Assembly: GCA_964360585.1 (NCBI GenBank)
Contig: CAYHXC010000001.1
Span: forward strand, 87,907 to 141,204
Length of the DNA stretch: 53,298 nt
Direction of reading: 5' to 3'
Source of the DNA: an uncultured Candidatus Saccharibacteria bacterium
GTDB lineage: Bacteria > Patescibacteriota > Minisyncoccia > UBA6257 > 2-01-FULL-56-20
Shown: positions 28,762-37,202 of the stretch, in pieces
Layout: every line of letters begins with the position of its first letter
How positions within the stretch are numbered: position 1 is the first letter of the stretch
The notes under the pieces: model-generated
The model's database searches: none
Seen by the model: only the letters and a program-made list of their open reading frames with translations
Told to the model about the DNA's origin: nothing
Translations under genes and position numbers: made by a program

Positions 28762-28785
28762 AAACCCCTTCGGGGGTTTTGTGTT
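28762..28785 (+). terminator. Rho-independent terminator, 24-bp identical to 27871-27894
   Basis: AAACCCCTTCGGGGGTTTTGTGTT. Confidence 0.8.
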
Positions 28786-28817
28786 TTATTCCACTCGTTT
28801 GATTCCTGCAACTCTAC

Positions 28818-29273
28818 CTATCGAGTAATGCTAATGGTTGAACTTTGTTCGGCGCTTGGAGCAGAAACGGTTAACCGGCCATTTGATGATTTGGAAATAA
28901 AATAACCTGTCCCGCTTGCGGAAACCGCTATCGGGTCGGTCGGAAGAGAAACGAGATATTTCTGACTGGCGGCTAAAACATCGGTGAGGTTGGTGAGCGA
29001 GCCGCAACTGCTGGTCGCGATCGTGGAACGGCAAATTTCAACGAGTGTCGTACTCACGGTCGTTGGCAACGTGCCATTATTATCAATCGTATACTGATAA
29101 ACCGCGTTTAAAATGGTATTCACGTCCACGCGCCGCTGGGCATTTCTCGTGTCACCAAGCTGTTTATTGGGGTTAATGGCCAGAATGACAATGCCCGCCA
29201 AAATAGCGATGGCCGCGACGACGAGGAGGATTTCGATCAGGGTAAATCCCTTTTTACTTTTTACGAGTTCCAT
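28818..29273 (-). CDS. Type IV major pilin-like protein 2
   Basis: MELVKSKKG|FTLIEILLVV; start refined to 29273 (TAATG overlap with the upstream pilin). Confidence 0.9.
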   Translation of the reverse strand: MELVKSKKGFTLIEILLVVAAIAILAGIVILAINPNKQLGDTRNAQRRVDVNTILNAVYQYTIDNNGTLPTTVSTTLVEICRSTIATSSCGSLTNLTDVLAASQKYLVSLPTDPIAVSASGTGYFISKSSNGRLTVSAPSAEQSSTISITR

Positions 29274-29749
29274 TAGCGGGAAACTGAAATTGTCTGTCCC
29301 TGTTCGGCCGCCGGAGCGCATACGGTTATGCGATTCGTCGTAGCGCTTTTCCAAACATAATAGGCGGTGCCGTTGGTGGTTGAACTGCCGGGATCAAGCG
29401 GCATCGAGACAAGATATTTTGCCGTGCTCGTTACTAAATAGGTGCTTAAGTCGGTGAGTCCCGTGCACACTCCTCCGGTTTTACAGATTTCCTGGCCAGA
29501 CACGCTCCCGCAGGTCGCACCGGTTGAAGTAACCGTCGTTGGCAAGTTGCCATCGTTATCCAATGCGTACTGGTAGACCCCGTTTAAAATCGTAGTCACA
29601 TCGGCCGAACGCTGGGCGTTTCTCGTGTCACCAAGCTGTTTATTGGGATTAATGGCCAGAATGACAATGCCCGCCAAAATAGCGATGGCCGCGACAACCA
29701 AAAGGATTTCTATAAGGGTAAACCCGGACCGCCCATGTGTTTTATTCAT
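29273..29749 (-). CDS. Type IV major pilin-like protein 1
   Basis: MNKTHGRSG|FTLIEILLVV...AINP.KQL..RNAQR. Confidence 0.92.
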   Translation of the reverse strand: MNKTHGRSGFTLIEILLVVAAIAILAGIVILAINPNKQLGDTRNAQRSADVTTILNGVYQYALDNDGNLPTTVTSTGATCGSVSGQEICKTGGVCTGLTDLSTYLVTSTAKYLVSMPLDPGSSTTNGTAYYVWKSATTNRITVCAPAAEQGQTISVSR

Positions 29750-29806
29750 ATCTCTATTTTAATAAGAAACCACGACAATCGCCAGTAAAGTTATCGACAG
29801 CCAGTC

Positions 29807-29985
29807 AGCCCCCATCTCAAAAATATATCCAGTCGCGATAGAGGAGAATTTAGAGGAAGACCAGGAATAACAACGAAGGTGTGCCCTGAGGCACAACGAG
29901 GAGGAAATGACACCGTCTTCCTCTAAATTCTCCCTATCCTTCGGTTCCAAGGGAACGCGGCGGAGCTATTTTTGAGATGGGGGCT
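29807..29985. mobile_element. MITE-like structured element, family B, copy 1
   Basis: Perfect 19-bp terminal inverted repeat AGCCCCCATCTCAAAAATA; perfect internal 19-bp stem; homologous to 43981-44265 in the opposite orientation. Confidence 0.75.
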
Positions 29986-30392
29986 TAATCGGCCACCTCC
30001 TGCCAGGACGAGATGGTAATCAAAGGAGTTATGGCGCTCACCGAAACGCGAGCGCGACGGACAATCGTGCCGACAGTGCCGGTGGCCATAACAGTCCGGC
30101 TTTGGCCGCCATCATTCGTCACACTGTACTCGCACGAACCTTCGCTTTGCGTCGAAGTGCCGTTCCCCGTAAACGAAGTGACGTCGCGAATCTGCTGCAG
30201 GCCTTCCTCAATGCAGAGGTGAGCCATGGCCCGAGCAGTGGCTGACTGCTGATAAGCAAAACTGGAACGGGAAGAACCAAGGCCAAGCCAGATGAGTGAG
30301 GTGGCGACTCCCACGGTCACCGCGCCGACCACCAGCACGCTCACGAGCGTGATATAACCGCCTTCTTTCGCTATGTGCATTTTGCTATTCAT
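29985..30392 (-). CDS. PilX/GspK-like minor pilin
   Basis: KEGG|YITLVSVLVV lacking Glu5; A...A..CIEEGL; C-terminal SWQEV. Confidence 0.8.
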   Translation of the reverse strand: MNSKMHIAKEGGYITLVSVLVVGAVTVGVATSLIWLGLGSSRSSFAYQQSATARAMAHLCIEEGLQQIRDVTSFTGNGTSTQSEGSCEYSVTNDGGQSRTVMATGTVGTIVRRARVSVSAITPLITISSWQEVAD

Positions 30393-30938
30393 TTAAGGAA
30401 ATCGGAGCGCGGCGCTCCCGTAAAAAGTTTTACTGAAAGTATACTCGCTTTTTCCCGTCGAAGTGACGTGCTGTATCGTAAATTGAATTTGGACAACCCC
30501 GGGCGTGCTGGTTCGGGAGAAATTCGAAAAAAGAAGATCGGAAACAAGTATCCGGTTATTGGTGAGCGCAACGGGCGGCGTGGTACTTTCGATGATTTGC
30601 ATAACCGACTCAGCGAGATTAAACACGGTCGGCGTAGTGGTCGCAGCGTACGTTGCTAATGTTAGTGTTGAAGAGGTAGTACTGGTCGCGGGACCAACGA
30701 TGCTTGCGGCATTTCGGACGGTCTGGGTAATTATTTGCATCGCCTGCAGTCCCTGCTGTTCTACTTCCGCAATCGTCTGATTTTTCACGCGCGACTCTAA
30801 AAGTGTTCCGAGAAAAACTGAAATCGAAAGAAGCATGATCGATAACGTCGCCACATAAAGGAGGAGTTCAATCAGTGAAAACCCCCTCACCTCATGCATA
30901 TTTTTTAATTTGGGAAAAGAATTGAAATTGATATTCAT
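30393..30938 (-). CDS. PilW/GspJ-like minor pilin whose leader is supplied by an inserted element
   Basis: VRG|FSLIELLLYV. The ancestral start is probably the ATG at 31003 (MNRNNSGF). Confidence 0.85.
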   Translation of the reverse strand: MNINFNSFPKLKNMHEVRGFSLIELLLYVATLSIMLLSISVFLGTLLESRVKNQTIAEVEQQGLQAMQIITQTVRNAASIVGPATSTTSSTLTLATYAATTTPTVFNLAESVMQIIESTTPPVALTNNRILVSDLLFSNFSRTSTPGVVQIQFTIQHVTSTGKSEYTFSKTFYGSAALRFP

Positions 30939-30979
30939 ACAAGGAGAAAAACTTGGTTGAATGTTTGAGGTGTGGGGGT
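30881..30979. mobile_element. ~100-bp TIR element (family A) at the prepilin cleavage site, copy 1
   Basis: TIR ACCCCCACACCTCA / TGAGGTGAGGGGGT (13/14); ~83% identical to 49269-49368; removing it plus a 2-bp TT duplication restores MNRNNSGFSLIELL. Confidence 0.8.
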
Positions 30980-31004
30980 AAAACCGGAATTATTTCTATT
31001 CATA

Positions 31005-32759
31005 TTAAAATCGTGAGAAGGAGAACCAAAAGGGGTTGTTTACTGCTTGCGGCAGTGTTGTCTCGAGCGCCGCTCCATCGGAATTCGTCCAGGTAAAGGT
31101 CGCGGGTGCGGTTAAGACTAATCGCTTGGCAAAAAGATCGTTATTGCTATCGGAAAAGAGATACATGAGCTGATTTTTGTTCACCGGATTCATCTCAACG
31201 AACTGCGTTCGCCGTAGATTAGAACCGCCCGGAGAAATAGTTATGTCTGCTTGGGGAGTGAATGTGCCGCCATTCCCAAGATACCAGTTGATCGCGTTTG
31301 AATTATTGTCTCCGTAGACTACGACCGATCTTGTTGTTCCGCCGTCTACTACCCAGCCGGTTGCCACATGCTTTGAAGCGGCCACGGGCGTACTGCACGA
31401 AGTATCGGCATTGGCGGTGTTGGCCCAAGCCGAACCGCTCCAACGCCCGAACTGCAAGTCGCTTCCGGCGTTGCCAATGGAAGCAAAAACTATTTCGTCG
31501 GTGTTGGGATTGGCGGAGATATCAAGATTGGTGGCGTCGTCGGAAAATGTCGGAGGCGTGGTGACTGCGTTCCAGGTGCACGCCGAAGTTCCCCCGGTGC
31601 AGGTTCGATATCTCACGCCATTCGTGCCGTTTGCTCCGGCTGAGTTGGCCCAGACCACCATCACATCACCCGAAAGTGATTCGTATTCGATATCAAAATC
31701 CTCAATATCCTGGGCGAGAGAAACGATCTCAAGCGAGGTTTCGGTCGCGGCCGTTGGTTCATTGCCCCACGTTGCACCATTCCAGATCATGGCCGAAAGA
31801 TCACGGTTTGCATCAGCCCAAACGGCGGCAATAAGGTTTTGGCCCGCTCGCCTGTCCCAAGCCATCCTGACCCAATGGATGAGGCCGGACGTCCGCACGG
31901 GATTAAGACTGTTTACTCCCGACCAGTTCCCTGAACCGCATCCGGTCGTTCCCAATTTCGTTCGATAGGCGAGCTCGTTGGTCGTTGTCGCGGCGCTTCC
32001 ATAGAGCACCATCACATCACCGGAGTCCGTTTCATAGGCTATGTTGAACGGACGGGAAGCTACGGGACCGCCCACCGTCGCTGTCCACTCCTCTGTCCAG
32101 TCGGCGCCGTCATAACAAAAAACGCGAAGTTCGCCGGTTGAAGTAAATAATCCGGCCACTGCCTCAGAGCTGGTGGGTGAAACGCGAACAATAAATGAGC
32201 GGCCGCTCGCCGAACTGACGGTTGATGATTCTGCGGAAAAAGTATTGAGACTTGTATCATATGTCCTGAACTTCGGCGCTGTCGTACCGTCTCCATAGAT
32301 AAGAATATGATTGGGCACGAGGCCGGACGCCAGCCAGTTTGTAAATCGCGTGACCAACTGCACAATGCCGGTCCGCTGATTATTCTGCTGCCAGGTAACA
32401 GTCGAGGTAACGTGTTTGCGTTTGTCGTCAATCGCGCTAATCGCGATCTGCCGCGTAAAAATATCGATCGTGTTTGATGTCCCCGATAGATTCCAATAAT
32501 TACTCGTCGTCGCCAAGCCATACGTGCCGTCCACGAGATTAACGAAGCCAGCGTCGCGAATACTTTCTACGGCTTCCAGTCCCTCCTCGGCGAGCATCGA
32601 CGCGCGCGCCCGACTTCCCGCGAGCGCGGTAGACTCCTGGCCGTAAAGGTACACGCCGAGAAGCGCGGTCACGATCAAAGCGAAAATAGAAGCGGCGAGG
32701 AGCACTTCCACCACCGAAAATCCTCCCTGCTTATTAATACGTGACTGTGCCTTTCGCAT
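31005..32759 (-). CDS. PilV-like minor pilin fused to a ~440-aa Trp/Thr/Asn-rich beta-structured (adhesin-like) domain
   Basis: KQGG|FSVVEVLLA and A..LAEEGLEAV motifs; repeated W.G..W blade-like motifs. Alternative start at 32783. Confidence 0.82.
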   Translation of the reverse strand: MRKAQSRINKQGGFSVVEVLLAASIFALIVTALLGVYLYGQESTALAGSRARASMLAEEGLEAVESIRDAGFVNLVDGTYGLATTSNYWNLSGTSNTIDIFTRQIAISAIDDKRKHVTSTVTWQQNNQRTGIVQLVTRFTNWLASGLVPNHILIYGDGTTAPKFRTYDTSLNTFSAESSTVSSASGRSFIVRVSPTSSEAVAGLFTSTGELRVFCYDGADWTEEWTATVGGPVASRPFNIAYETDSGDVMVLYGSAATTTNELAYRTKLGTTGCGSGNWSGVNSLNPVRTSGLIHWVRMAWDRRAGQNLIAAVWADANRDLSAMIWNGATWGNEPTAATETSLEIVSLAQDIEDFDIEYESLSGDVMVVWANSAGANGTNGVRYRTCTGGTSACTWNAVTTPPTFSDDATNLDISANPNTDEIVFASIGNAGSDLQFGRWSGSAWANTANADTSCSTPVAASKHVATGWVVDGGTTRSVVVYGDNNSNAINWYLGNGGTFTPQADITISPGGSNLRRTQFVEMNPVNKNQLMYLFSDSNNDLFAKRLVLTAPATFTWTNSDGAALETTLPQAVNNPFWFSFSRF

Positions 32760-33180
32760 TGATGCTGATGATTCTCGTTTCATCGCTGGGTGAGATTAAA
32801 GCGGTACTGCCGGAAGCAACGGGAAATCCGGTGAGTTTCGAAAAAACATACTCCACCGTTCCGGATACCGCCGATAACGCCAAGGGGTACACCTCATCGA
32901 CGCTCGTTGCCCGTCCGGCATAACTCGTCCCTTGGAAAATCGTAAGGCTGGTCGTGGTCACCTGGATTCCCCAACTGACACTGCCGTCCATTGCTTGGGA
33001 AAGCATCTCTGCCCGCCGCGCGCTCTGCGCCATCATTGTTGCGGCAATATCCAATTCGTTTCTGGTCTCAAATGAGTGGTAGACCGGAACGCCGATCCCC
33101 GCCAGGATGGCGATGGCCGCGACGGAAAGTATAATTTCCACCAAAGAAAATGCTCGGCAATCGCGAGTAAATTTCCTCAT
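32734..33180 (-). CDS. FimT/GspH-like minor pilin
   Basis: RA|FSLVEIILSV; C-terminal ISINAKG. Confidence 0.82.
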   Translation of the reverse strand: MRKFTRDCRAFSLVEIILSVAAIAILAGIGVPVYHSFETRNELDIAATMMAQSARRAEMLSQAMDGSVSWGIQVTTTSLTIFQGTSYAGRATSVDEVYPLALSAVSGTVEYVFSKLTGFPVASGSTALISPSDETRIISINAKGTVTY

Positions 33181-34286
33181 GGGTTCGTCTGTAGTCCGCC
33201 GATAAGGCTATATATAGGAAGGACGACCGCGAGCGCCACCCCGATTACCCCCAGCCAAACGATGACGAGAAGGATCGGTTCGAGAATAATCGCGAGATCT
33301 TTAGCGGTTGTGTCCGCCTTGGCCTCATAGTCTTCGCCGATCCGGATTAAGGTCGCCGACAGCGTCCCCGACTGCTCGCCGGCGCTAATCAACTGCTGAA
33401 CTGTGGCTGGTAGGAGTTTTCCGGATTTTTTATACAACGCGAAATTCTTGCGAAAAGAATTTCCGTCACTCACGCCGTCGTGCAAAAAACGGTAGAATTT
33501 TCGATACCGATAAAACGGCGTGGCCTGTGACAGTGAGTCGAGCGCGTCGGTCGGCGGCAAGCCGGCGGAGATTAACGATCCCAAAAGATATCCCATGCGA
33601 GCGATCTCCGTTTCCCGACTCAACTTCCGCACGCCTGGTATGCAAAAAATAATATACTCCCCGATAACGCGCGTTTTGGAAAAAGAAAATGTGAAATATA
33701 AAAACGCGCCGATAAAAATGATGAAACCCGGCACGGCGTAGATGCCATACTCGCCCAGAAACAAACCGAAACGGATAAGCATATCGGTGATGAACGGCAA
33801 CTGTATTTTCATCTGCGAAAAAACCATGGCCAACTTCGGCAAGATAAACCAAGCGATACCGGCGCCGATAATAAGGGTGAGCGACAGAACAAAAACCGGA
33901 TACATGGCCGCCGAACGAAGCTTTGACCGCAAAACTCGTTCCTTCTTCTGTTCAACGGCAATCACTTTCAGGTTTTCCACCAAACGGCCGGACCGCTCCC
34001 CCGCCCGAATGAGCGAAGCAACATGCGGAGAAAAAAGTCCGGTATTTTCCAATCCGGCGGACAGCGACTGGCCAGCCTCGATCTCGACAGTCAGTTTTTG
34101 CGCAATTTTTTTGAGCCGATAAGAACGGATCTCCTTGTCCACGGCAGTCAGAGCATCGAGAATAGGGATTCCCGAGGCGAGAAGCGAGCTCAAATTTTCC
34201 AGAAAAAAATCACGCTCTTCGCCGATTCCAAAATGGGAGAACCGAGATGGCTTTTTTTGTTTTCGCGGCGGATTCGTTTTGGGCAT
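33177..34286 (-). CDS. pilC: Type IV pilus / T2SS inner-membrane platform protein (PilC/GspF)
   Basis: LL.SGIPILDAL, AGERSGRL, AMYP, AGEQSGTL and LEPIL motifs. Confidence 0.93.
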   Translation of the reverse strand: MPKTNPPRKQKKPSRFSHFGIGEERDFFLENLSSLLASGIPILDALTAVDKEIRSYRLKKIAQKLTVEIEAGQSLSAGLENTGLFSPHVASLIRAGERSGRLVENLKVIAVEQKKERVLRSKLRSAAMYPVFVLSLTLIIGAGIAWFILPKLAMVFSQMKIQLPFITDMLIRFGLFLGEYGIYAVPGFIIFIGAFLYFTFSFSKTRVIGEYIIFCIPGVRKLSRETEIARMGYLLGSLISAGLPPTDALDSLSQATPFYRYRKFYRFLHDGVSDGNSFRKNFALYKKSGKLLPATVQQLISAGEQSGTLSATLIRIGEDYEAKADTTAKDLAIILEPILLVIVWLGVIGVALAVVLPIYSLIGGLQTNP

Positions 34287-34297
34287 AAAGTGTTAGG

Positions 34298-36016
34298 CTA
34301 CTGGGGCGCCTCAGCCACGCGCAACAGTTCTTCGAGCGTGGTCGTTCCGCTTTTCACTTTCTCAATCCCGTCCTCAAAAAGCGTTTTTGATCCCTGCTCG
34401 CGGGCAAGCTTCCAGATTTCCTGCGTAGCCGGATGTTTTAGAGTCAGATTCTGCATCTCCGGCGTGACGCGGATCACCTCGAAAATCGCGGTTCGTCCAT
34501 GGTAACCGGAATGGCCGCAGACGTCACAGCCGTTCGCCTGGTACAGCGTGTAGCTCTTGTTGGGAAAAAATGTTTTTAAGTTGGCGTATTTTTTCGCGAT
34601 ATCCTCATCCGACAAGGCAACGCTATAGCGGCAGTGGGTACAGATCTTTCGAACCAACCGCTGAGCCACAACCAGTTCGAGCGTCGAGGCAAGCAAAAAT
34701 GGCTCAATCCCCATGTCGAGTAATCGAGGGATGGCAGTCGCGGCATCATTAGCGTGGAAGGTCGACATGAGCAGGTGTCCGGTTAAGGCGGCGTTCACGG
34801 CAATCTCCGCCGTTTCCTGATCGCGGATTTCTCCCACCAAAATAATATCCGGATCCTGCCGGACGATAGACCGCAATCCTTTGGCGAAAGTTAAGTTGGT
34901 GATCAAGTTCACCTGAATCTGGTTCACTCCTTTCATCTTATACTCAACCGGATCTTCGATGGACGTAATATTCACGTCCGACTGGTTCAGCATTTTGAGC
35001 AACGCGTAGAGCGTGGTGGTTTTCCCCGAACCGGTGGGGCCGACAACCAAGATCATGCCGAACGGTTTATCGGCCGACTCTTCCATAAACTTCTGGTTCT
35101 CCGGAGAAAATCCAAGGTCGCCGAGATTCAAACCCTCGACATAGAGACTCAAAACACGAAGAACGACCTTCTCCCCTTCGACGGTAGGCACGACCGAAAC
35201 ACGCAGGTCAATAATGGTCTGATCCTTGCGGAACTGCATCGCGCCGTCTTGCGCCGCGTAGTGTTCGTCAAGACGGATACCGCTTTGCACTTTGATTCTG
35301 TTTAAAATATTTTCGTAGTACTCCCGAGGCAGACGGCCAACGTCATGCAACACGCCGTCGATCCGGAATCGCAAAAGCACATCGGATACTCCCGGCTCGA
35401 AGTGGATGTCGGACGCGCGCAAACTAACGGCATCAATAAAAACCGTGTCGAGAATTTCAGGCGCAATCCGCGTGCCGCTCTGAATGATGGCGGAAAATCG
35501 CGTCTGGATGGTTTTTTCATACGAACTCAGAATCTTGTCAATGTCTTCGGAAAAAGCGAAAGCGAGCGAAATCTTTTTCTCAGGAAACAGCTTTCCGAGT
35601 TCTATGTGAAGATCTGCTTGATCGGGATTGTCTGTTGCGATTACCACCTCCGTTTCTTTACTCTTCAGGCTTTTCAGGTCGAAAGGAGCGATGGCGTTTT
35701 TCAAGAATGATGACTTCTCCGCCGCTTTCTTCAGTTCGTAGAGAACGACGCGAAACTTCCTGGCTGTTTCTTCGTTAATTAAAACAATCTGCTCCTTGGT
35801 CGGCGGATTCACATTCAAGTCGGCAAAGATAACTTTGTACGATTCAGCGATAGCTTGCCCGAGAATGGTCTGGTTGATGAAACCTTCGGCCAGAAGGTAG
35901 TCAAGAAGCGACGATCGCCGATTGCCGGAATCCTCCTCCGCCTTTTTCAAGTCGGCTTCCTTTATGTAGTTACCGGCGAGGAGCACTTTTCTCAAAAAAG
36001 CGTCTGTGAATTTCAT
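34298..36016 (-). CDS. pilB: Type IV pilus assembly ATPase (PilB/GspE)
   Basis: ASDIHFEP, RFRIDG, GPTGSGKTTT, EDPVEY, RQDPD.ILVGEIRD and TGHL motifs, plus two CxxC. Confidence 0.95.
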   Translation of the reverse strand: MKFTDAFLRKVLLAGNYIKEADLKKAEEDSGNRRSSLLDYLLAEGFINQTILGQAIAESYKVIFADLNVNPPTKEQIVLINEETARKFRVVLYELKKAAEKSSFLKNAIAPFDLKSLKSKETEVVIATDNPDQADLHIELGKLFPEKKISLAFAFSEDIDKILSSYEKTIQTRFSAIIQSGTRIAPEILDTVFIDAVSLRASDIHFEPGVSDVLLRFRIDGVLHDVGRLPREYYENILNRIKVQSGIRLDEHYAAQDGAMQFRKDQTIIDLRVSVVPTVEGEKVVLRVLSLYVEGLNLGDLGFSPENQKFMEESADKPFGMILVVGPTGSGKTTTLYALLKMLNQSDVNITSIEDPVEYKMKGVNQIQVNLITNLTFAKGLRSIVRQDPDIILVGEIRDQETAEIAVNAALTGHLLMSTFHANDAATAIPRLLDMGIEPFLLASTLELVVAQRLVRKICTHCRYSVALSDEDIAKKYANLKTFFPNKSYTLYQANGCDVCGHSGYHGRTAIFEVIRVTPEMQNLTLKHPATQEIWKLAREQGSKTLFEDGIEKVKSGTTTLEELLRVAEAPQ

Positions 36017-36162
36017 GGATGAGGTGGGAGTAGTTACGTATCAAAAATCAATCTTTCGAATGTCATATATATTGTATCAAGAATTGAATGTTTGGAGAAT
36101 GCTCTCGGGGTGATGTTTCCCCCTCCATTGACTCCCCTTGCGGGAAGCGCAGGTGTGTTCGT

Positions 36163-36198
36163 AAAAATAAAAAGCCTTCAGGAAATAATCCTGAAGGT
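36163..36198 (-). terminator. Rho-independent terminator of the histidine phosphatase gene
   Basis: Minus strand ACCTTCAGGA-TTATT-TCCTGAAGGC followed by TTTTTATTTTT. Confidence 0.75.
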
Positions 36199-36207
36199 TA
36201 GAGACTA

Positions 36208-37011
36208 CTATCGTAGCATTGCTGGCGTTTGTAAAACAATATCCAGCAATTCCGTGTTGGAGTACCGAGGACGCTCAATTGCCATCCATGGGATGTGCCA
36301 GACAGGATTATCCGTGGGACGAACCAACCTCACCCATCCAGCATAGGGCGCTCGCCTACCTACTCCGTTTTCTCGACGTGAGTAATGAATAATCTGGCAG
36401 TTGTGGATCCTATCTTCAGTCTTTTCGGAAAAGACCAACTCACGAAATCGAGCTTGCGACATGCGTTCGATCCGGATTTGGAAGGCACGCATGACTTCTC
36501 CGTGACAAACGATAATTACTCGCTTGTCACTACACTCACGATGAAGCGTGTGTAGCACACGATCGACTCGCAAACATAGGTCGGCAAATGTTTCTCCGTT
36601 CGGTGGTCGCCAGAAGAACGGTTCTGCTTCGCGACGCTTGAGCGCTTCTCCAAACTTTTCCTCACGCTCATCTTCTGGACAAATGTCGAGATCCCCCCAG
36701 TCACGTTCGGTGAGATAAAAGTCCGAGAACCATGATGCGTACGGCAAGCGCAAGTTCGCTGCTGTTTCCATAGCCCGCAGGTATTCGGAAACAAGATAGC
36801 GATCGAATCCATTGGGAAATTCGCGCTCGATCCACTCTCCGGCTGTTTGCGCTTGTTTTCGTCCAAGATCGGTCAAACGAAGACTAGCTGAGTGGCGGTT
36901 TCGGAACTCTTTCGTGTAGGCCGTATGATCGCTTTTCTCCGAAAGACGCTTGGCCGCATTCCCTTCTGACTGGCCGTGACGGACCAGAATGAGGTCTAAC
37001 GGTAATGCCAT
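36208..37011 (-). CDS. Histidine phosphatase / phosphoglycerate mutase family protein
   Basis: LVRHGQSEGN, LT..G..QA, S.YLRA.ET, ERDWG and VCHGE motifs; AAGGAG SD. Confidence 0.9.
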   Translation of the reverse strand: MALPLDLILVRHGQSEGNAAKRLSEKSDHTAYTKEFRNRHSASLRLTDLGRKQAQTAGEWIEREFPNGFDRYLVSEYLRAMETAANLRLPYASWFSDFYLTERDWGDLDICPEDEREEKFGEALKRREAEPFFWRPPNGETFADLCLRVDRVLHTLHRECSDKRVIIVCHGEVMRAFQIRIERMSQARFRELVFSEKTEDRIHNCQIIHYSRRENGVGRRAPYAGWVRLVRPTDNPVWHIPWMAIERPRYSNTELLDIVLQTPAMLR

Positions 37012-37202
37012 TTCTCTTTACTCCTTCTGTCTGTGTTCTAATTTAACCAAATCACAAAGCAAGGTTTTGTGTCAAATAGCACGTTTGACTCCCCTTGCTA
37101 CAAGGTAATCGTGTGCTATCCTATTTCCAGTTCGCCAACAAATGATTTGGCCTAATGCCAAACGCCTAGCTCACTAGGTCTAATGGGCGACAAGGAGGCA
37201 TT

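Noticed and set aside
29274-29354. Extended N-terminus of the 178-aa pilin ORF
   Set aside because: It overlaps the upstream pilin; the class III signal and TAATG coupling indicate a start at 29273.
29759-29950. 63-aa ORF in the pilus operon
   Set aside because: It lies across the structured inverted-repeat element and has no protein features.
36019-36030. TGAGGTGGGAG upstream of pilB, resembling a family-A end
   Set aside because: No partner inverted repeat or interior similarity; may be chance.
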